64,000 bases of DNA. Source: Fibrobacterales bacterium. GTDB lineage: Bacteria; Fibrobacterota; Fibrobacteria; Fibrobacterales; JAOPTW01. The stretch lies in NCBI GenBank assembly GCA_051532035.1, contig JAOPTW010000036.1, positions 83,893-147,892 of the forward strand. Reading direction: 5' to 3'. A model generated the notes under the pieces. The model was not told the DNA's origin, ran no database searches, and saw only the letters and a program-made list of their open reading frames with translations. Of this stretch, positions 61,956 to 64,000 are shown piece by piece. The position numbers and the translations under genes are program-made. Numbering within the stretch: position 1 is the stretch's first letter; every line of letters starts with the position of its first letter.

Positions 61956-64000
61956 TCACATTGCTTCTGGTCTGATATACCCAAATCGATAGGTCACCCC
62001 ACTCGTAAGAACTTGCACAAGTCCTTCTTCCAAATCAGCAACATCATTATTTAATGTCAAGTGAGTTACACTCTTAATAACCGCAATAATAACTCCTGTC
62101 GAAACCTGTCTTCCCTTGCTATTGACTAATTTAAGGTTTTCATTTTCCAATATCGGTGCCCATTCAAGAATCAACTCTTCAGTATCATCTTCTGCAAATA
62201 AATCACCAAGAGATACTACATGGGAGGCACTATTAAGAAACTGTCCTAAATGATCATAATACATTATCTCAATAGTTGTGACATCTTTCCACTCTGGCTC
62301 ATCAGTAAACGCAGCATCATACCCCGTGACATCTGGCGCTTCTAATTCAAGAACAAATGAAGGTCCTGCTATAGCCGCCTCCCTAATTTTTTCTCCTGAA
62401 CTCTCTGAATAATTTTCACCAGACAACTGTCGTACTCTTTTACCATCCTTTCGATAGACGTACACACGATCCAAAACTTCTGTATCCTGAGTATATCGAT
62501 CCAGGTCACCAATATCAAATTGCTCATTATCTTCTCTATAATCAATAAGCCCCCTCACCACATCAACACTCTGTATTCCCTCTGTAATTTCGATTATCTC
62601 TTCAGCACGAACGCGTACCTCCAATTCAGTAGTTATGGTATCACCAAAATGGTCAACAAACCACGCCTTCAAGAGCACATCTTCACCTTGATACTCCTCT
62701 AATTCTTCTTGAATATCTTTATCATCAGTATATACACCCCAATCACCGTTTTCATCGCGTTCAAGTCGCATTTCTATTTCTTCCCCCTCAGGGAACTCCA
62801 AATGAGCATGTACTGTAAGTCTTTTAGATGCATAATTGCCGGCAACCAAGGTAATTTCAGAACTCCCTTTTCGCCCATACCCTTCCTCCATTAGCAATGT
62901 TAAAGTACTTGGCGCATAGGTTACCGTATCCATCAATTCAATAGTATCTCGCTTAATCAACTCACACTCAAGATCCCATTGATCACTTTCATATTCTTCA
63001 TCATCAAGGCCTTCTTCCCGTTCTACAGTAAATGAAAATAACTTGGAGTCAGTTTTGAAATAGGAAATATCAAGATCTATTGAATTATCACCTACCCCTA
63101 AAGGAATTGCAAAATCAAAAGCACCCTTCCAGGTACTATCACTATCAGCCGTTATCTCTGATGAGAAAACAGAAAACTGTGACTCGGGTCCCTTCGCATC
63201 AACTTTAATATTTGATATTCCTTGTTTTACGTCTTCAACAATAAACTCAATTATTTTATCGAGTGTATCTGCCATTGCATACGTATTCTCTTTTGAAATA
63301 TGATAATAATCTCCGCCAGTACGTTTGGCCATATCTGCAGTAATCTCTTTGGTACTCATATATGAGCCATCCCCTACAGGAACGTTTTTTTCATCATCAA
63401 ATGCATCCCCAAGGAAAAAAGGATATACTTTCGGATACTCATTGAGTAAATCTCTCACTTCTCCATAATTCCCTGCATCATTAGTACCGCCTCTTGAAGG
63501 CCGTCCATCAGTAATAAAAACTACGTACGGTGCATAGACACTCGAATCGAGATCATCCATATATTCTTTACTTTTTTTAAGAGCATCATAATAATTAGTG
63601 CCGGTTATTTCCTTATTAACAATTCCAGATATTAAAGAATTGTAATGACTTTCTTTATGGAGGTCATCAACCCCTTTTGACCAATCCACATATGCACCAA
63701 ATTCAACAAAACCTGCAGCAATCTCTGGATAATTATTTCTCATTCGCTCTAAAGATTGTTTAACCGAAGGTGCTCTGAGCCCATCTATATCATTGGTCCA
63801 TTTCATACTTCCCGACTGATCCATGACAAAAATTACCGCAGGAATTTTTGATTTCACTACTGTTTCATGGGATGCACAAAACCTGAGTTCAGCACTATTA
63901 AAAGAGGTCACATATTCAGGAAACACAAAGGTCTCTCCCTCATAGAACTCCTGATCAATACACTTTTTGCTAATCACCGTACAGCTTTTTTCTGATGCAC
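61956..64000 (-). CDS. vWA-domain protein with Fibrobacter-type C-terminal domain (5' end beyond window)
   Basis: MIDAS DQSGS, GTNY, FITDG; C-terminal YYDHLGQF...W...GRQVSTGV...FGYIR; frame open to nt 64000. Confidence 0.8.
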   Translation of the reverse strand, partial: ASEKSCTVISKKCIDQEFYEGETFVFPEYVTSFNSAELRFCASHETVVKSKIPAVIFVMDQSGSMKWTNDIDGLRAPSVKQSLERMRNNYPEIAAGFVEFGAYVDWSKGVDDLHKESHYNSLISGIVNKEITGTNYYDALKKSKEYMDDLDSSVYAPYVVFITDGRPSRGGTNDAGNYGEVRDLLNEYPKVYPFFLGDAFDDEKNVPVGDGSYMSTKEITADMAKRTGGDYYHISKENTYAMADTLDKIIEFIVEDVKQGISNIKVDAKGPESQFSVFSSEITADSDSTWKGAFDFAIPLGVGDNSIDLDISYFKTDSKLFSFTVEREEGLDDEEYESDQWDLECELIKRDTIELMDTVTYAPSTLTLLMEEGYGRKGSSEITLVAGNYASKRLTVHAHLEFPEGEEIEMRLERDENGDWGVYTDDKDIQEELEEYQGEDVLLKAWFVDHFGDTITTELEVRVRAEEIIEITEGIQSVDVVRGLIDYREDNEQFDIGDLDRYTQDTEVLDRVYVYRKDGKRVRQLSGENYSESSGEKIREAAIAGPSFVLELEAPDVTGYDAAFTDEPEWKDVTTIEIMYYDHLGQFLNSASHVVSLGDLFAEDDTEELILEWAPILENENLKLVNSKGRQVSTGVIIAVIKSVTHLTLNNDVADLEEGLVQVLTSGVTYRFGYIRPEAM

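Noticed and set aside
254..63977. Stop-codon reassignment or programmed frameshifting
   Set aside because: All recognisable conserved genes translate full length in the standard code.
1..64000. CRISPR array, rRNA, prophage or intact IS element
   Set aside because: No regularly spaced repeats, rRNA signatures, phage structural genes or transposase ORFs were seen by eye.

Overview
AT-rich bacterial chromosomal window, most likely FCB superphylum and plausibly Fibrobacterota. This is an inference from a PorV-like gene, a vWA protein ending in a Fibrobacter-style C-terminal domain (...FGYIR) and a homodimeric GlyRS. It is mostly housekeeping (pgi, nadE, ftsE, surA, mfd, tRNA-Lys, gmhB, dtd, gcvP, rimI, tsaB, ddl, glyQS, xerD, mgtE, efpL), with signalling genes (tandem cheY, REC-GGDEF, PAS-PP2C-HATPase, cheA-W-B-R) and a more accessory right third (MoxR ATPase plus partner, orphan integron-type integrase, small hypotheticals, PadR-controlled ABC exporter, Fic remnant, vWA protein). 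I saw no CRISPR array, rRNA, prophage or intact IS. Best leads: a ~150-nt multi-stem RNA candidate between tsaB and rimI; an integron-integrase homologue with LGH->LGQ and no cassette array; a MoxR ATPase paired with a TraB/ChaN-like, MIDAS-less protein; a GH2 lacking its catalytic NE motif; DRR-repeat inserts in CheA; and tandem PadR operator boxes overlapping a promoter. All family assignments come from motif recognition by eye, not from database searches.
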